Shown: piece by piece, positions 47,317-56,729 of the stretch | Numbering within the stretch: position 1 is the stretch's first letter | Layout of the letters: each line of letters starts with the position of its first letter | Assembly (NCBI GenBank): GCA_014874185.1 | Contig: JACWAF010000029.1 | Span: 1 to 64,000, forward strand | DNA length: 64,000 nucleotides | Direction of reading: 5' to 3' | From: Nitrospirota bacterium | Lineage (GTDB): Bacteria; Nitrospirota; Thermodesulfovibrionia; Thermodesulfovibrionales; JdFR-88 | Notes under the pieces: model-generated | Database searches by the model: none | Seen by the model: only the letters and a program-made list of their open reading frames with translations | What the model was told of the DNA's origin: nothing | Made by a program: the position numbers and the translations under genes

Positions 47317-49245
47317 ATGTTTAAAAAAGACGGCCCCGAAAAAGGGGCCGGGATTATCAAAAACCGGCTCTTTCAGCTGGTCCTGCTGGCGCAATTTGTC
47401 CTGGTGATATCCTTTCTGGGCTACAGGGACTGGCGGAACTCGGACGTGGAGTGCGTAAGGTGCCACTCGGACAAGGCAAAACTCCAGAGGCTGGGCTATC
47501 CGGATTTTTACGTCACCCCCCAACTGGTGGAGAAAGAATCAAAGCACAAGAACCTCTCCTGCCTCGATTGCCATCTTGGAAACGGAAGGGCCGCTGACAG
47601 GCACGAGGCCCATAAGGGGATGCTCAGGGCCATGTTCATAAACGAAGGGGGACAGGTCGTGAACAGGCTTCAGGTATGGCGGGGGCCGCTTGTGCCCAGG
47701 GACAAAAGCATAAGGGCGCTTCTGCCCAGGGACAATTACGATGTCAGGAACCTTCTCTGGCAGGACAGAAACCCCAAAACGTTCAATTTCGACCCTGATA
47801 TCGCCAAAAAGACCTGCGCCAAGCCCTCCTGCCATCCCGAGGAGCTTAAACAGTTCCGCAACAGCCACATGGGGGCCAACTTCCGCCAGCGCACGATGAA
47901 GACCTGGCTTACACCTTACGGCCCGCATAATTGCGGCCCATCCTTTGCCGACCTCCAACCCACCGGCCACCTGGACGGCGCGGGGTTCGACTTCAAGAAC
48001 ACGGCAAGGATACAGAAAGAGGTCAACGTCAAATTCACCCGGCAGCAGGCCATTGCCAAGCAGAAATTCTGCAACGTATGCCACGCGGGCTGCCTGGACT
48101 GCCACTATGCCCCGGATGCCAGAAAAGGCGTGCACAACTTCGAGAAGGTCCCGCTGGCCCGGTCATGCTCGGGCTATGGCCGGGGCACAAGCATCTGCCA
48201 TCCCGGCGCGATGCAGAGCCGCCGCGGCGAGACCTACATAGGCGGGAGCTATTCCATTCCTGAGGGGATGACCCCCGACGTGCACTACACGAAGGGGCTG
48301 AAATGCGTGGACTGCCACATCACCGGCCCCAAGGGGATGGGCGACATCGTGCGCAACGCCGTCTGCCAGGACTGCCATATCGAGGCCGAGGACAACCTGG
48401 CAAAAAGCGTCCATAAGGACCTGGACTGCGCCACTTGCCATATCTCCGAGCTTCGAGGTTATCAGCTCACCATGTGGGGGAAGGGCTATGTGGAGGAAAA
48501 GCCAAACCCGTTCAATAAATTCTCGCTCTATTACGGCATTCAGAAGCCGCCCATAATCATAAAAGACCAGAAGGGGCGATGGATGCCCGTGAAGATATGG
48601 CCCCACAGCCTGGAGGACTTCGCCAGGGTAGTGCCGCCCTCGCCCCATATAATGTTCAGGTGGCCTGACGGCCAGACCAGGGACGCCTATTACATAGTGG
48701 GCACCATCACGAACGCCCCGGCCGGAAACAACTACCTGCTCTGGCTGGAGATAGAGCAGGCCGCCCACCCTTACGGGAAGGCGCGCCCCTGCGCCTCCTG
48801 CCACAACGGCGGACGGGGGCAGGTGGCCACCTCCACCTGGCAGTTCATGGACGACCAGGGTTCTTTGCCTTTTAATGGCACGCATAAGGTAGTTGCCGAC
48901 AAGAACGGCATCCGCATAGAGGGGCTAAGGAATACCACGCCCATAAAGGTGCTGGAAGGAAGCTCCATTGCGGACTTCGCCTCGTGGGTTTATTTTAGAA
49001 ACGCCTGGAAGATGCCGGGGGACTTCGCCATAACGGAAGACCCGGTAAAGTATAAAAAAGAGCTGGCCCTCACGATGAAGGCCGAAAGAGAGATCAAGGA
49101 AATCGAAAGGCATTCGGCAGGCTTCGACAAGAAGAAGCGGATAGAGTTCAAGCGGCTCAAGGAAGCCGTGTTTCACAACGGCGAGGCCGCCCAAGGCCTG
49201 ATAAAGGCCTTCGAAGCCGGGAAACAGGCCTCTCCTGCCTATTGA
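47317..49245 (+). CDS. Multiheme c-type cytochrome (8 CXXCH motifs plus one CX4CH), N-terminal signal anchor
   Basis: CVRCH, CLDCH, CAKPSCH, CNVCH, CLDCH, CVDCH, CQDCH, CATCH and CASCH. The N-terminus is hydrophobic. Confidence 0.8.
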   Translation: MFKKDGPEKGAGIIKNRLFQLVLLAQFVLVISFLGYRDWRNSDVECVRCHSDKAKLQRLGYPDFYVTPQLVEKESKHKNLSCLDCHLGNGRAADRHEAHKGMLRAMFINEGGQVVNRLQVWRGPLVPRDKSIRALLPRDNYDVRNLLWQDRNPKTFNFDPDIAKKTCAKPSCHPEELKQFRNSHMGANFRQRTMKTWLTPYGPHNCGPSFADLQPTGHLDGAGFDFKNTARIQKEVNVKFTRQQAIAKQKFCNVCHAGCLDCHYAPDARKGVHNFEKVPLARSCSGYGRGTSICHPGAMQSRRGETYIGGSYSIPEGMTPDVHYTKGLKCVDCHITGPKGMGDIVRNAVCQDCHIEAEDNLAKSVHKDLDCATCHISELRGYQLTMWGKGYVEEKPNPFNKFSLYYGIQKPPIIIKDQKGRWMPVKIWPHSLEDFARVVPPSPHIMFRWPDGQTRDAYYIVGTITNAPAGNNYLLWLEIEQAAHPYGKARPCASCHNGGRGQVATSTWQFMDDQGSLPFNGTHKVVADKNGIRIEGLRNTTPIKVLEGSSIADFASWVYFRNAWKMPGDFAITEDPVKYKKELALTMKAEREIKEIERHSAGFDKKKRIEFKRLKEAVFHNGEAAQGLIKAFEAGKQASPAY

Positions 49246-49278
49246 CTCTCCGCCTGCTTAAAGGCCAAAATATCCGTT

Positions 49279-49602
49279 ATGGAAATATCGGGACTCAAAT
49301 TCGACGAGAAGGGCCTGATCCCGGCAATCGTGCAGGAGGCGGACACGGGGGAAGTCCTCATGATGGCCTACATGAACCGGGACTCTATCAAAATGACCAT
49401 GGAGAGCGGCTATACGCATTTCTGGTCGCGTTCCAGGCAGAAGTTCTGGAAGAAGGGCGAGACCTCCGGCTGCGTCCAGGAGGTTAAAGAGGTCCTCTAT
49501 GACTGTGACAAGGACACCCTGCTCGTAAAAGTGAAACAGCGCGGCGCGGGGGCCTGCCACACCGGCGAGCGCACCTGTTTCTTCCGCAGACTTTCGGACT
49601 GA
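49279..49602 (+). CDS. hisI: Phosphoribosyl-AMP cyclohydrolase
   Basis: [26 protein letters not shown]...[10 protein letters not shown]...DCDKDTLL...[10 protein letters not shown]. Confidence 0.9.
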   Translation: MEISGLKFDEKGLIPAIVQEADTGEVLMMAYMNRDSIKMTMESGYTHFWSRSRQKFWKKGETSGCVQEVKEVLYDCDKDTLLVKVKQRGAGACHTGERTCFFRRLSD

Positions 49603-49604
49603 GA

Positions 49605-49949
49605 ATGACAGACTGCCTCTTCTGCCGGATAGCGGAAAGGGGGATCCCGGCGAAAATCCTCTACGAGGACGAGCTTTCCCTGGCCTTTGAGGACGTCAAC
49701 CCCCAGGCCCCAACCCATGTCCTTGTTATACCCAGGAAGCACATACCCACGGCCCTGGATATAAGGGAAGAGGACAAGGGGCTTATCGGCCATCTCTATA
49801 TTGTGGCCTCCAAAATCGCCCGCGAGAAGGGCATAGCCCAGCCCGGCTTCCGCCTGGTCATGAACTGCAACCGCGACGCGGGGCAGGCCGTCTATCACAT
49901 CCACCTGCACGTCCTTGGGGGCCGCCGCATGCACTGGCCGCCCGGATAG
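49605..49949 (+). CDS. HIT-family hydrolase (Hint-like)
   Basis: CLFCRI...HVLVIPRKH...HIHLHVLGG histidine triad. Confidence 0.9.
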   Translation: MTDCLFCRIAERGIPAKILYEDELSLAFEDVNPQAPTHVLVIPRKHIPTALDIREEDKGLIGHLYIVASKIAREKGIAQPGFRLVMNCNRDAGQAVYHIHLHVLGGRRMHWPPG

Positions 49950-50004
49950 GCACGGAAATTACATTCCGAAGCCCCCTTTTTTGCGGGACAGAGCCCCGCA
50001 AAAA

Positions 50005-50047
50005 ACCAAGAGTTCTTTTTGGTTCTTTTTCTTGCAAGAAAAAGAAC
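50005..50047. repeat. Solo hairpin element F (gttctttttcttgcaagaaaaagaac) next to a bidirectional terminator-like GC hairpin at 49984-50007
   Basis: Same core family. It lies between convergent genes. Confidence 0.75.
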
Positions 50048-50069
50048 AATAAACAATCTTTATCTTTTT

Positions 50070-50723
50070 TTACGCCGCTTCGGCTGAGGGCAAAGCTTTT
50101 TCTTTTTTCCTGTTAAAGAACCATATCACGGCCTTGCCGCACAAAAGGCCCAGGATGATCCCCGCGCCGATGTCTGAAGTGAAGTGGGCCATCTTCTCCA
50201 CCCTGGAGAGGGCCACCATTACCGCATAGCCGTAAAACAAAACCCTGTACCGGGGGAAATAGAACGAAAGCATACAGGCGAAGCAGAAGGCCTCCGTGGT
50301 ATGGCCCGAGGGGAAGGAGTCGTACCCGTGCTTTATATTCGGGCCGATGAAGGCGAGGCCCTTATCAAGTGACGGCCTTGCACGTCCGATGAGGTGTTTC
50401 AGTATCTGCACGGCCGCCCCGGAGAAGAGGAAACCGGCCACTATGCTTCTGCCAAGCCTGGGGGATTCGATCTTTAGAAGCCTGGCCGCCGCGAAAAGGA
50501 GGACGGCCGCGCCCAAAAAGACCTCCTCCTGCGAAAGGAACCTCATGCCCGATGTGACAAACTCCAGGGCCGGCCGCACGGCCTCCAGTTTGTGCAGGGC
50601 GGTTACCCAGCTCTCCACTTGCCCGTCCATGAGAAAAAGAAACAGCGTTATGGCCGAAAGGCCCAGGTAAAGCAGGGCCTCTCCGTTTTTATTTTTCGAG
50701 TAGTGCATAGGTTTTGTCTTCAC
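50070..50723 (-). CDS. PAP2-family phosphatase (membrane)
   Basis: KHLIGRARP...SFPSGHT...SRVEKMAHFTSD. These are PAP2 motifs. Confidence 0.8.
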   Translation of the reverse strand: MKTKPMHYSKNKNGEALLYLGLSAITLFLFLMDGQVESWVTALHKLEAVRPALEFVTSGMRFLSQEEVFLGAAVLLFAAARLLKIESPRLGRSIVAGFLFSGAAVQILKHLIGRARPSLDKGLAFIGPNIKHGYDSFPSGHTTEAFCFACMLSFYFPRYRVLFYGYAVMVALSRVEKMAHFTSDIGAGIILGLLCGKAVIWFFNRKKEKALPSAEAA

Positions 50724-52215
50724 TTACTATGTGCATCCCCTGTTCTTCCAAATCCGCGGCGTCTTTCCTGCTGGATATGGCGACGGCCCTGTTTGCGCTC
50801 TGCAGAAAGGGGCGCAGGTTGTCGCCGGGCCCCAGACGGAGGGCCATGTGCCCGGAATAGAAGACCACGCTTGGGTTATTTATCCCATAGGTTATCACTG
50901 GCTCGCCATAGGGCAATTTCTCTTTGGCGTATGTGCTATAGCGGTAGAGGTCGCCTTGCAGGCGTTCGCTGGCCAGGGGAAGCGCCTGCAGGGCCAAAAC
51001 GCATAAAGCGGCGGCGGAGAGCGCCGGGACGGCCCAGTATGCCTTCTTCCGCCAGATGCCGGGGATGAAACTCGCCCCGCAGGCGGAAAGAAAAAGAAAG
51101 GCCGCCACGCCAAAGCGGGGCCAGAGCCCGGCCTGAATGCCCATTGCCGATAAATATTTATCCGAGAACAAGAGTGCGATCCCCAGGACCGCCGAGGCCA
51201 GGGCGACGAAATAGAAGCCGAAGCCCCGCTTTGCCATGGGACTGATGCCGAGCGCTATCAGCATGGCCGCCGCGGGCACCGCTGGCAGTATATAGTTTGG
51301 CAGCTTGGTCGTGGAGAACGTGAAAAAGACGAATATGAAAGAGGACCATATCAGGGCAAAAAGCCCGAACCCGTCTGTTTTTCTCTCTTTTAGGGCCCTT
51401 TTTATTCCCGCGGGCAGGAACCCCGCCCAGGGGAAGAGACCGGCAGCGAGCATCGGCAGATAATACCAGAGCGGCCCCTTATGCCCGGATATCACGCCAA
51501 GGTACCGCTCGAGGTGGTGTTTGATTATGAACTGGTCTATGAACTCCCGGCCGTTTATGGCCAATTGGGCGCCGTACCACGGGCCTGAGACGAGCAGGAA
51601 CAGGGCCATCCCCGGAAGGCTCATCAGCTCCCTCAGCTTCCGGCCCGAAAGAAGGAGGTAAACCCCGCCTATGGTAAAGGGGAAAATTATTCCGATAAGC
51701 CCTTTCGTGAGGAATGCAAGCGCTGAAAAGAGATAAAAACCATATATATAGGCCTTTTTATCGTGAAAAGAGATATACAGCGACATTAGCGAGAGCCCGA
51801 TAAACAGGGTGAGCGCCATATCGGTTACGGCGGCATGGGAGTAGACCAGGTAATAGACCGAGAGCACCATCGCCCCCGCGGCATAAAAGGCCTCCTCCTC
51901 TCCCCGGAAACGCCTTACGAAGAAAAAGGTTGCCAGGACGAGCAGGAATCCCGACAGGGCCGAGGGGAACCTGGCGCCGAACTCGTCTATGCCGAAGAGC
52001 TTGTAGGAGGCGGCCATCATCCAGTAAAAGAACACGGGCTTGTCGAACCGGTTCTCGCCGTCATAATGGGGCGTTATGTAGTCGCCCCCCCGCACCATCT
52101 CCCTGGTGGCCTCGGCGAAGACCGCCTCGTCCACGTCGAAGAGGGTTACGGAAGCGAGCCGGGAGAACGAGATAAAGAGCGCCAGGGCGGCTATGGCGAT
52201 AAATAGTGGTCTCAT
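50689..52215 (-). CDS. GT39/GT83-family glycosyltransferase (ArnT/PMT-like dolichyl- or undecaprenyl-phosphate sugar transferase)
   Basis: LFDVDEAVFAEATREMVRGGDYITPHYDGENRFDKPVFFYWMMA. The protein is polytopic. A true start at MRPLF is preferred. Confidence 0.8.
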   Translation of the reverse strand: MRPLFIAIAALALFISFSRLASVTLFDVDEAVFAEATREMVRGGDYITPHYDGENRFDKPVFFYWMMAASYKLFGIDEFGARFPSALSGFLLVLATFFFVRRFRGEEEAFYAAGAMVLSVYYLVYSHAAVTDMALTLFIGLSLMSLYISFHDKKAYIYGFYLFSALAFLTKGLIGIIFPFTIGGVYLLLSGRKLRELMSLPGMALFLLVSGPWYGAQLAINGREFIDQFIIKHHLERYLGVISGHKGPLWYYLPMLAAGLFPWAGFLPAGIKRALKERKTDGFGLFALIWSSFIFVFFTFSTTKLPNYILPAVPAAAMLIALGISPMAKRGFGFYFVALASAVLGIALLFSDKYLSAMGIQAGLWPRFGVAAFLFLSACGASFIPGIWRKKAYWAVPALSAAALCVLALQALPLASERLQGDLYRYSTYAKEKLPYGEPVITYGINNPSVVFYSGHMALRLGPGDNLRPFLQSANRAVAISSRKDAADLEEQGMHIVSEDKTYALLEK

Positions 52216-52301
52216 CACGCCTTTCGAAAAAGTGCTGATTGCAGACTTTATTGTACACGAGAGCGCTTGGTCTTTCCAACCGCAACCTGTATAATTGCCT
52301 G

Positions 52302-52733
52302 ATGAAACCTGATCTTCCCGCGAACCAGAAGGAGGCCAGGAAGAACTCGGCCCGGGAGATACTGCACCGCCGGGTGCACATGGCAAACGAGCGCACGCTG
52401 CTTGCCTGGATACGGACCTCCATATCCATAATGGCCTTCGGCTTCGTGGTGGAGAAATTCGCGATCTTTTTAAGGCAGTTCGCCATCACGGAAGGTGTTA
52501 TCGGGCTCCGTCCGGCTGTGCCCCCGGGCAGGGGCTATTCGAGCGTATTCGGGGCTGTGCTGGTCGGGATCGGGGCGCTCCTCGGCCTGCTGTCATTCGT
52601 CAGGTATCTGAAGGTGCAGAAGCAGATAGACAAGGGCGTCTATTACCCTTCGTTTATACTGGATGTCATGCTGGTGATTTCGGTGGTGGCGATAGCCGTC
52701 TTCCTGCTCTTCTACCTGGTGCACAGCGTTTAG
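52302..52733 (+). CDS. DUF202 (YidH) family membrane protein
   Basis: ANERTLLAWIRTSISIMAFGFVV. Confidence 0.7.
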   Translation: MKPDLPANQKEARKNSAREILHRRVHMANERTLLAWIRTSISIMAFGFVVEKFAIFLRQFAITEGVIGLRPAVPPGRGYSSVFGAVLVGIGALLGLLSFVRYLKVQKQIDKGVYYPSFILDVMLVISVVAIAVFLLFYLVHSV

Positions 52734-52902
52734 TTTTTAGAATTTTATAACTTATTCACCCGTTCAAGCCTTTCCGGCCGTCTGGAGCCGCAAGCTATTA
52801 ACAAAGCAGTGGCGAGTCAAGCCGGCCTTAACAGGGCAGCGCTGTAAAAACCTTGCTTTCTTCCCCTTAAAAATTTTATAAAATCCGATGCAGGAGAAAT
52901 TC

Positions 52903-53619
52903 ATGTCTTCAAAAAACATCCCGGTAAGAGAGCGCCTGATATTCGCCCTTGATGTAGCAAGTCATTCGGAGGCAAAGGCCCTGGTTGAAAAGCTTGGCGA
53001 CTCGGTCCTTTTCTATAAACTGGGGCTTGAGATATTCATGGCGGGCGACTACTACGGGCTGATTGAATGGCTGCTGCAAAGGGGCAAAAAAATCTTTGCC
53101 GACCTCAAGTTCTTCGACGTGCCGCAGACCGTGGCCTCCGCCGTGCGCCAGCTCAGGGGCAGGGGCATATCTTTCTGCACGGTCCACGGGAACGGGCGCA
53201 TTCTGGAGGCGGCGGTCAGGGAAAAAGGCGATTTGAAGATCCTTGCCGTAACCGTCCTTACCAGCCTGGACCAGCGGGACATCGAGGACCTTGGCTTCAA
53301 GGTGGATATAAAAAACCTCGTCCTCTCCAGGGCAAGAAGGGCGCTGGAAGCGGGCTGTGACGGGGTTATCTCATCGGGACTGGAAGCGCCGGAGCTTAGA
53401 AAAGAACTGGGCCGGAAATTCCTGGTGGTGACCCCCGGGATAAGGCCGGTTGAAAACAGGCCCGCTGACGACCAGAAGCGCACCGTGGACGTGCGCGAGG
53501 CATTCAGAAACGGCGCGGACTACATAGTGATAGGGAGGCCCATAAAAAACGCCCCGGACCCGAAGAAGGCCGCGGAAGAGGTGCAGGAGACTATCGCCTC
53601 CGTCTTCCGGGAAGGCTGA
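52903..53619 (+). CDS. pyrF: Orotidine 5'-phosphate decarboxylase
   Basis: LIFALDV...FYKLGLEIF...KIFADLKFFDVPQTVA...TVHG. RBS AGGAGAAA. Confidence 0.9.
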   Translation: MSSKNIPVRERLIFALDVASHSEAKALVEKLGDSVLFYKLGLEIFMAGDYYGLIEWLLQRGKKIFADLKFFDVPQTVASAVRQLRGRGISFCTVHGNGRILEAAVREKGDLKILAVTVLTSLDQRDIEDLGFKVDIKNLVLSRARRALEAGCDGVISSGLEAPELRKELGRKFLVVTPGIRPVENRPADDQKRTVDVREAFRNGADYIVIGRPIKNAPDPKKAAEEVQETIASVFREG

Positions 53620-53699
53620 TCCAGCCATTCCCTCTTGCCCCCGCCCCGCTCGCCCGCAAAAATAGCCTTCAGGACCCATGTTCTGCTATATTAGGGAAA

Positions 53700-54302
53700 A
53701 TGGGTGATTACTGCCTCTATCAGCCGCTCACGAAGACCGATAAGATAACTGTAGTCCTCTACAGGGCGGGTATTGTCCTGTCTGCTTCGGTTATCGCGAC
53801 AATGGCCGCGATGCTTTTCGTCTCGCCGGATAACATGGGCCTTGCGCCCGCTGAGGGGTTCAATATTCTTCTTATGCTGCTCTATTTTTCGGTGGGGCTG
53901 AGCGTCTTTTTTATCCATCTTTACATGGGCAATTACAAGCGGAACCTGCGAAAACTGTATTTTATCGCCATTGCGGCCCTGGTTTTTATTTTTTTCAGCG
54001 GCGGGGGCGATGCCCTTCTGTATTTGACGACAAGCCGTCTTGCGCCTCTTTTGATGCTGCCCATAGCGGGCTGCCTGGGGTTTATCACGGCAAAAGAGGC
54101 CTTCTGCTTCAAGCTCATCGAGGGCTACCTTCTTGCTCTCATTATGCCGTTTTACCTTCTCCTTTTCGCCTCCGGGCTCCTGCCCGCCACCGGGATAAGA
54201 CTGGGCCTTTCCCTTATCGCGGCAATGCTTGTGGTCTTTACGCTAAGAAAGGTCTTTATGCCAATCCACTGCGATATAGGGGACAAGTCGGCCTACCGGT
54301 AA
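53700..54302 (+). CDS. Hypothetical polytopic membrane protein upstream of atpB (possible AtpI/AtpZ-like)
   Basis: About six transmembrane helices. No clear family. Its position resembles that of atpI. Confidence 0.4.
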   Translation: MGDYCLYQPLTKTDKITVVLYRAGIVLSASVIATMAAMLFVSPDNMGLAPAEGFNILLMLLYFSVGLSVFFIHLYMGNYKRNLRKLYFIAIAALVFIFFSGGGDALLYLTTSRLAPLLMLPIAGCLGFITAKEAFCFKLIEGYLLALIMPFYLLLFASGLLPATGIRLGLSLIAAMLVVFTLRKVFMPIHCDIGDKSAYR

Positions 54303-54315
54303 GACCTGAAACCCC

Positions 54316-54366
54316 GTACTTTCTCTTGTAAGAGAAAGTACCAAAGAGAATTTTTACCAAAACGGG
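54316..54366. repeat. Solo hairpin element G (gtactttctcttgtaagagaaagtac plus tail caaagagaatttttacc)
   Basis: Same family. Confidence 0.8.
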
Positions 54367-54534
54367 TCATCCCGTTCCATAAGACAAGTTTTTTGACTGC
54401 CTCAACTTACAGTTATTAAATTTATTTATTAAGGCTTATGCCGTCTTGACTAGGCGTTCATTTCTCAAGTAACATAAACAGGATTTTCGCCGAATCCGGC
54501 ATTTTAGCCAAGAAACCAGGAGGATTCCGCCGGG

Positions 54535-55206
54535 ATGAATGAAGTAACCCTGTTGAGTTTTATACCAATTCCCGATTTTGTCTCTTTTTCCTTTTTGGCC
54601 ACGCTTATACTGATTACTGTGGCCCTTGTAATAAGGAGTTCAATAAAGCTTGTTCCGACGGGCATTCAGAACGTGCTCGAGACGATAACCGAAGCGATGC
54701 TGAACCTCTCCGAAGAGAACGTAGGCCCCCATTTCGGCGAGACCTTTTTCCCCTTCATAGCGACCATATTCGTTTATATCCTGGTCTGCAATTTCATGGG
54801 CCTGATACCGGGGTTCGTCTCGCCCACAAGCAACATAAACATGACCGCATCCATGGCCCTGCCGGTCTTCTTCGCCACGCATTATTACGGTATAAAGGTG
54901 CACGGGTTCAAGTACCTGAAGCACTTCCTGGGGCCCATGCGCTCCATATATGCGCTCCCGCTGATGATACTGATGTTCTTAATCGAGTTCATAGGGCATC
55001 TGGCGAGGCCGATAACCCTCTCGGTGAGGCTTTTCGGCAACATGCTTGCCAAGCATCTTCTTTTGATAGTCCTCGGCATACTGGTGCCGGCCATAATTCC
55101 GATGGCCATACTTGGCCTGGGAGTTCTCATAAGCGTTGTACAGGCGTTCGTTTTTGCGCTGCTCACCACCCTGTATCTTGCAGGGGCTGTTGAGGAAGCA
55201 CATTAA
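54535..55206 (+). CDS. atpB: F0F1 ATP synthase subunit a
   Basis: The C-terminus …LRLFGNMLAKHLLL…LTTLYLAGAVEEAH is typical of F0 subunit a. Confidence 0.9.
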   Translation: MNEVTLLSFIPIPDFVSFSFLATLILITVALVIRSSIKLVPTGIQNVLETITEAMLNLSEENVGPHFGETFFPFIATIFVYILVCNFMGLIPGFVSPTSNINMTASMALPVFFATHYYGIKVHGFKYLKHFLGPMRSIYALPLMILMFLIEFIGHLARPITLSVRLFGNMLAKHLLLIVLGILVPAIIPMAILGLGVLISVVQAFVFALLTTLYLAGAVEEAH

Positions 55207-55233
55207 TATCATAAGGAAAGGAGGAAGATTGTC

Positions 55234-55596
55234 ATGAAAAGAATCATATCCATCATCCTGCTTGCCTCCATGGTGCTGCTTTTAGCGGCATCGTTTGCCT
55301 TCGCTGCTGATCAGGCCGCGGCCACTACCGCTGCCGCGGCTGGCGGAAGCAAGATCAGTTATTACGCCATGGCCGTCCTTGGATGCGCCATAGGCATAGG
55401 TCTTGCGGCTTTGGGCACCGGCATCGGCCAGGGTATCGGCCTCGGCGGCGCCTGCGAAGGTGTGGCAAGGAATCCCGGCGCTTCGGGAAAGATCACCACG
55501 ACTCTGATCATCGGTCTGGCGATGATAGAATCCCTGGCCATCTATGCCCTGGTCGTGGTCCTGATAGTGTTCTTTGTTAATCCGTTCAAGCTTTAA
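55234..55596 (+). CDS. atpE: F0F1 ATP synthase subunit c with a signal-peptide-like N-terminal extension of about 35 aa
   Basis: GIGQGIGLG...ARNPGA...[26 protein letters not shown]. No other atp genes follow, so this is a split atpBE operon. Confidence 0.9.
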   Translation: MKRIISIILLASMVLLLAASFAFAADQAAATTAAAAGGSKISYYAMAVLGCAIGIGLAALGTGIGQGIGLGGACEGVARNPGASGKITTTLIIGLAMIESLAIYALVVVLIVFFVNPFKL

Positions 55597-56502
55597 TATC
55601 CTTAATAGCTTAAAGGGGGGCCGCAAGGCCCCTTTTTTTTTATCCGCTCTTCTTTTTGCCATGAAAATCCGCTCCATTCCGGCGTAGTCCTTGAGTACGG
55701 CCTCGAACCGGAGGCCGGACGTTTCGGCGAGACCTTTCAATATCTCCGGGTCCGTGCCCCCGGCTATCTCGATGAGGAGAGGGGCGCCGGGCATGAGGTA
55801 ATCCCGCGCGGAGGCGATTATTTTTTCTATGATCTCCAGCCCTTCCGGGCCGGGGGTGAGGGCCACTTCGGGTTCCCAATCTTTTATCTCCGGGGCCAGT
55901 TCTTTCATAACCGTGCCTTTTATATAGGGCGGGTTGGCCGTAATGAGGTCAAAGCGTATGCCCTTTACAGGGGCGAAGAGGTCGCCTTTCAGAAACCGCG
56001 CGTTTTCAATCCCGTTTAAAACCCTGTTCTTTTCGGCCCAGGAGAGGGCGGCTTCTGATATGTCCACTCCGGTGACATCGGAGCCGGGGAGGTTTTTGGC
56101 CAGGGCCAGGGCGATTGCCCCCGTGCCGGTGCAGAGGTCAAGAATTTTGGGGTTAGCCTTTTTTATCTTCTTCAGGGCCTCATGGACCAGGAGTTCGGTC
56201 TCAGGCCTGGGGATGAGCACGCCGGGGCCGACCAGTATCTTTAATCCATAAAAACTTACATGTCCGATTATGTACTGTATCGGCTCGCGGTATTTTCTCC
56301 TTTTCAGTGCGTCTTTCAATTGTCGGGTCTGCTCTGCGGAGAGTTTCGGGTTATCGCGGTAAAGCCGGACGGGGTCTATCAGGAGGAGTTCTTTGAAGAT
56401 AAGTTCGGCCTCTTTCTCCGGGCCGGGGATGCCAATTTTTCTTAATGCGTGGATGGTCTCCCTGAAGGCCTCTATTGCTTTAACAGGGCGCTTATAAACC
56501 AT
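55282..56502 (-). CDS. prmC: Release-factor glutamine N5-methyltransferase PrmC (HemK). The ORF as read has no stop until 55282 and runs antisense through atpE. The true C-terminus is probably near 55600-55640.
   Basis: [13 protein letters not shown]...[12 protein letters not shown]...ITANPPYI (NPPY motif). The homologous region is about 290 aa. An A9 run lies at about 55632-55640 within the terminator. Confidence 0.8.
   Translation of the reverse strand: MVYKRPVKAIEAFRETIHALRKIGIPGPEKEAELIFKELLLIDPVRLYRDNPKLSAEQTRQLKDALKRRKYREPIQYIIGHVSFYGLKILVGPGVLIPRPETELLVHEALKKIKKANPKILDLCTGTGAIALALAKNLPGSDVTGVDISEAALSWAEKNRVLNGIENARFLKGDLFAPVKGIRFDLITANPPYIKGTVMKELAPEIKDWEPEVALTPGPEGLEIIEKIIASARDYLMPGAPLLIEIAGGTDPEILKGLAETSGLRFEAVLKDYAGMERIFMAKRRADKKKGALRPPFKLLRILKLERINKEHYQDHDQGIDGQGFYHRQTDDQSRGDLSRSAGIPCHTFAGAAEADTLADAGAQSRKTYAYGASKDGHGVITDLASASRGSGSGRGLISSEGKRCR
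55611..55640 (+). terminator. Rho-independent terminator after atpE (GGGGGCCGCAAGGCCCC followed by T9)
   Basis: A GC stem-loop followed by a T run. It is palindromic and so may also terminate the convergent prmC transcript. Confidence 0.75.
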
Positions 56503-56504
56503 TT

Positions 56505-56640
56505 TTACCTCACCCCCGCCCTCTCCCCCAAGGGGAGAGGGTTGAACATATTAGCCCCTCGAGCAGACCGCGACCGGCGCTTCGGAGTCCTGGCACCCCC
56601 AAGGGGAGAGGGTTGAACAATATTAGACCCTCCCTTCTGC
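56505..56640. repeat. Tandem direct repeat of about 75 bp (2 units), each carrying ccccaaggggagagggttgaacaWtattagMccc. Unit 1 contains a perfect 10-bp hairpin CCCTCTCCCC-AA-GGGGAGAGGG.
   Basis: Read directly from the sequence. It lies in the unusual 365-bp prfA-prmC spacer. Confidence 0.75.
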
Positions 56641-56729
56641 CCCGGAAAACCTCCGGTTTTTCGGGGGCCCCCTGAATCGTGGAGGGGTAGGGGAGGGTGC
56701 ATTTAAGAATTTTTTCAGCAGCTTGCTCA

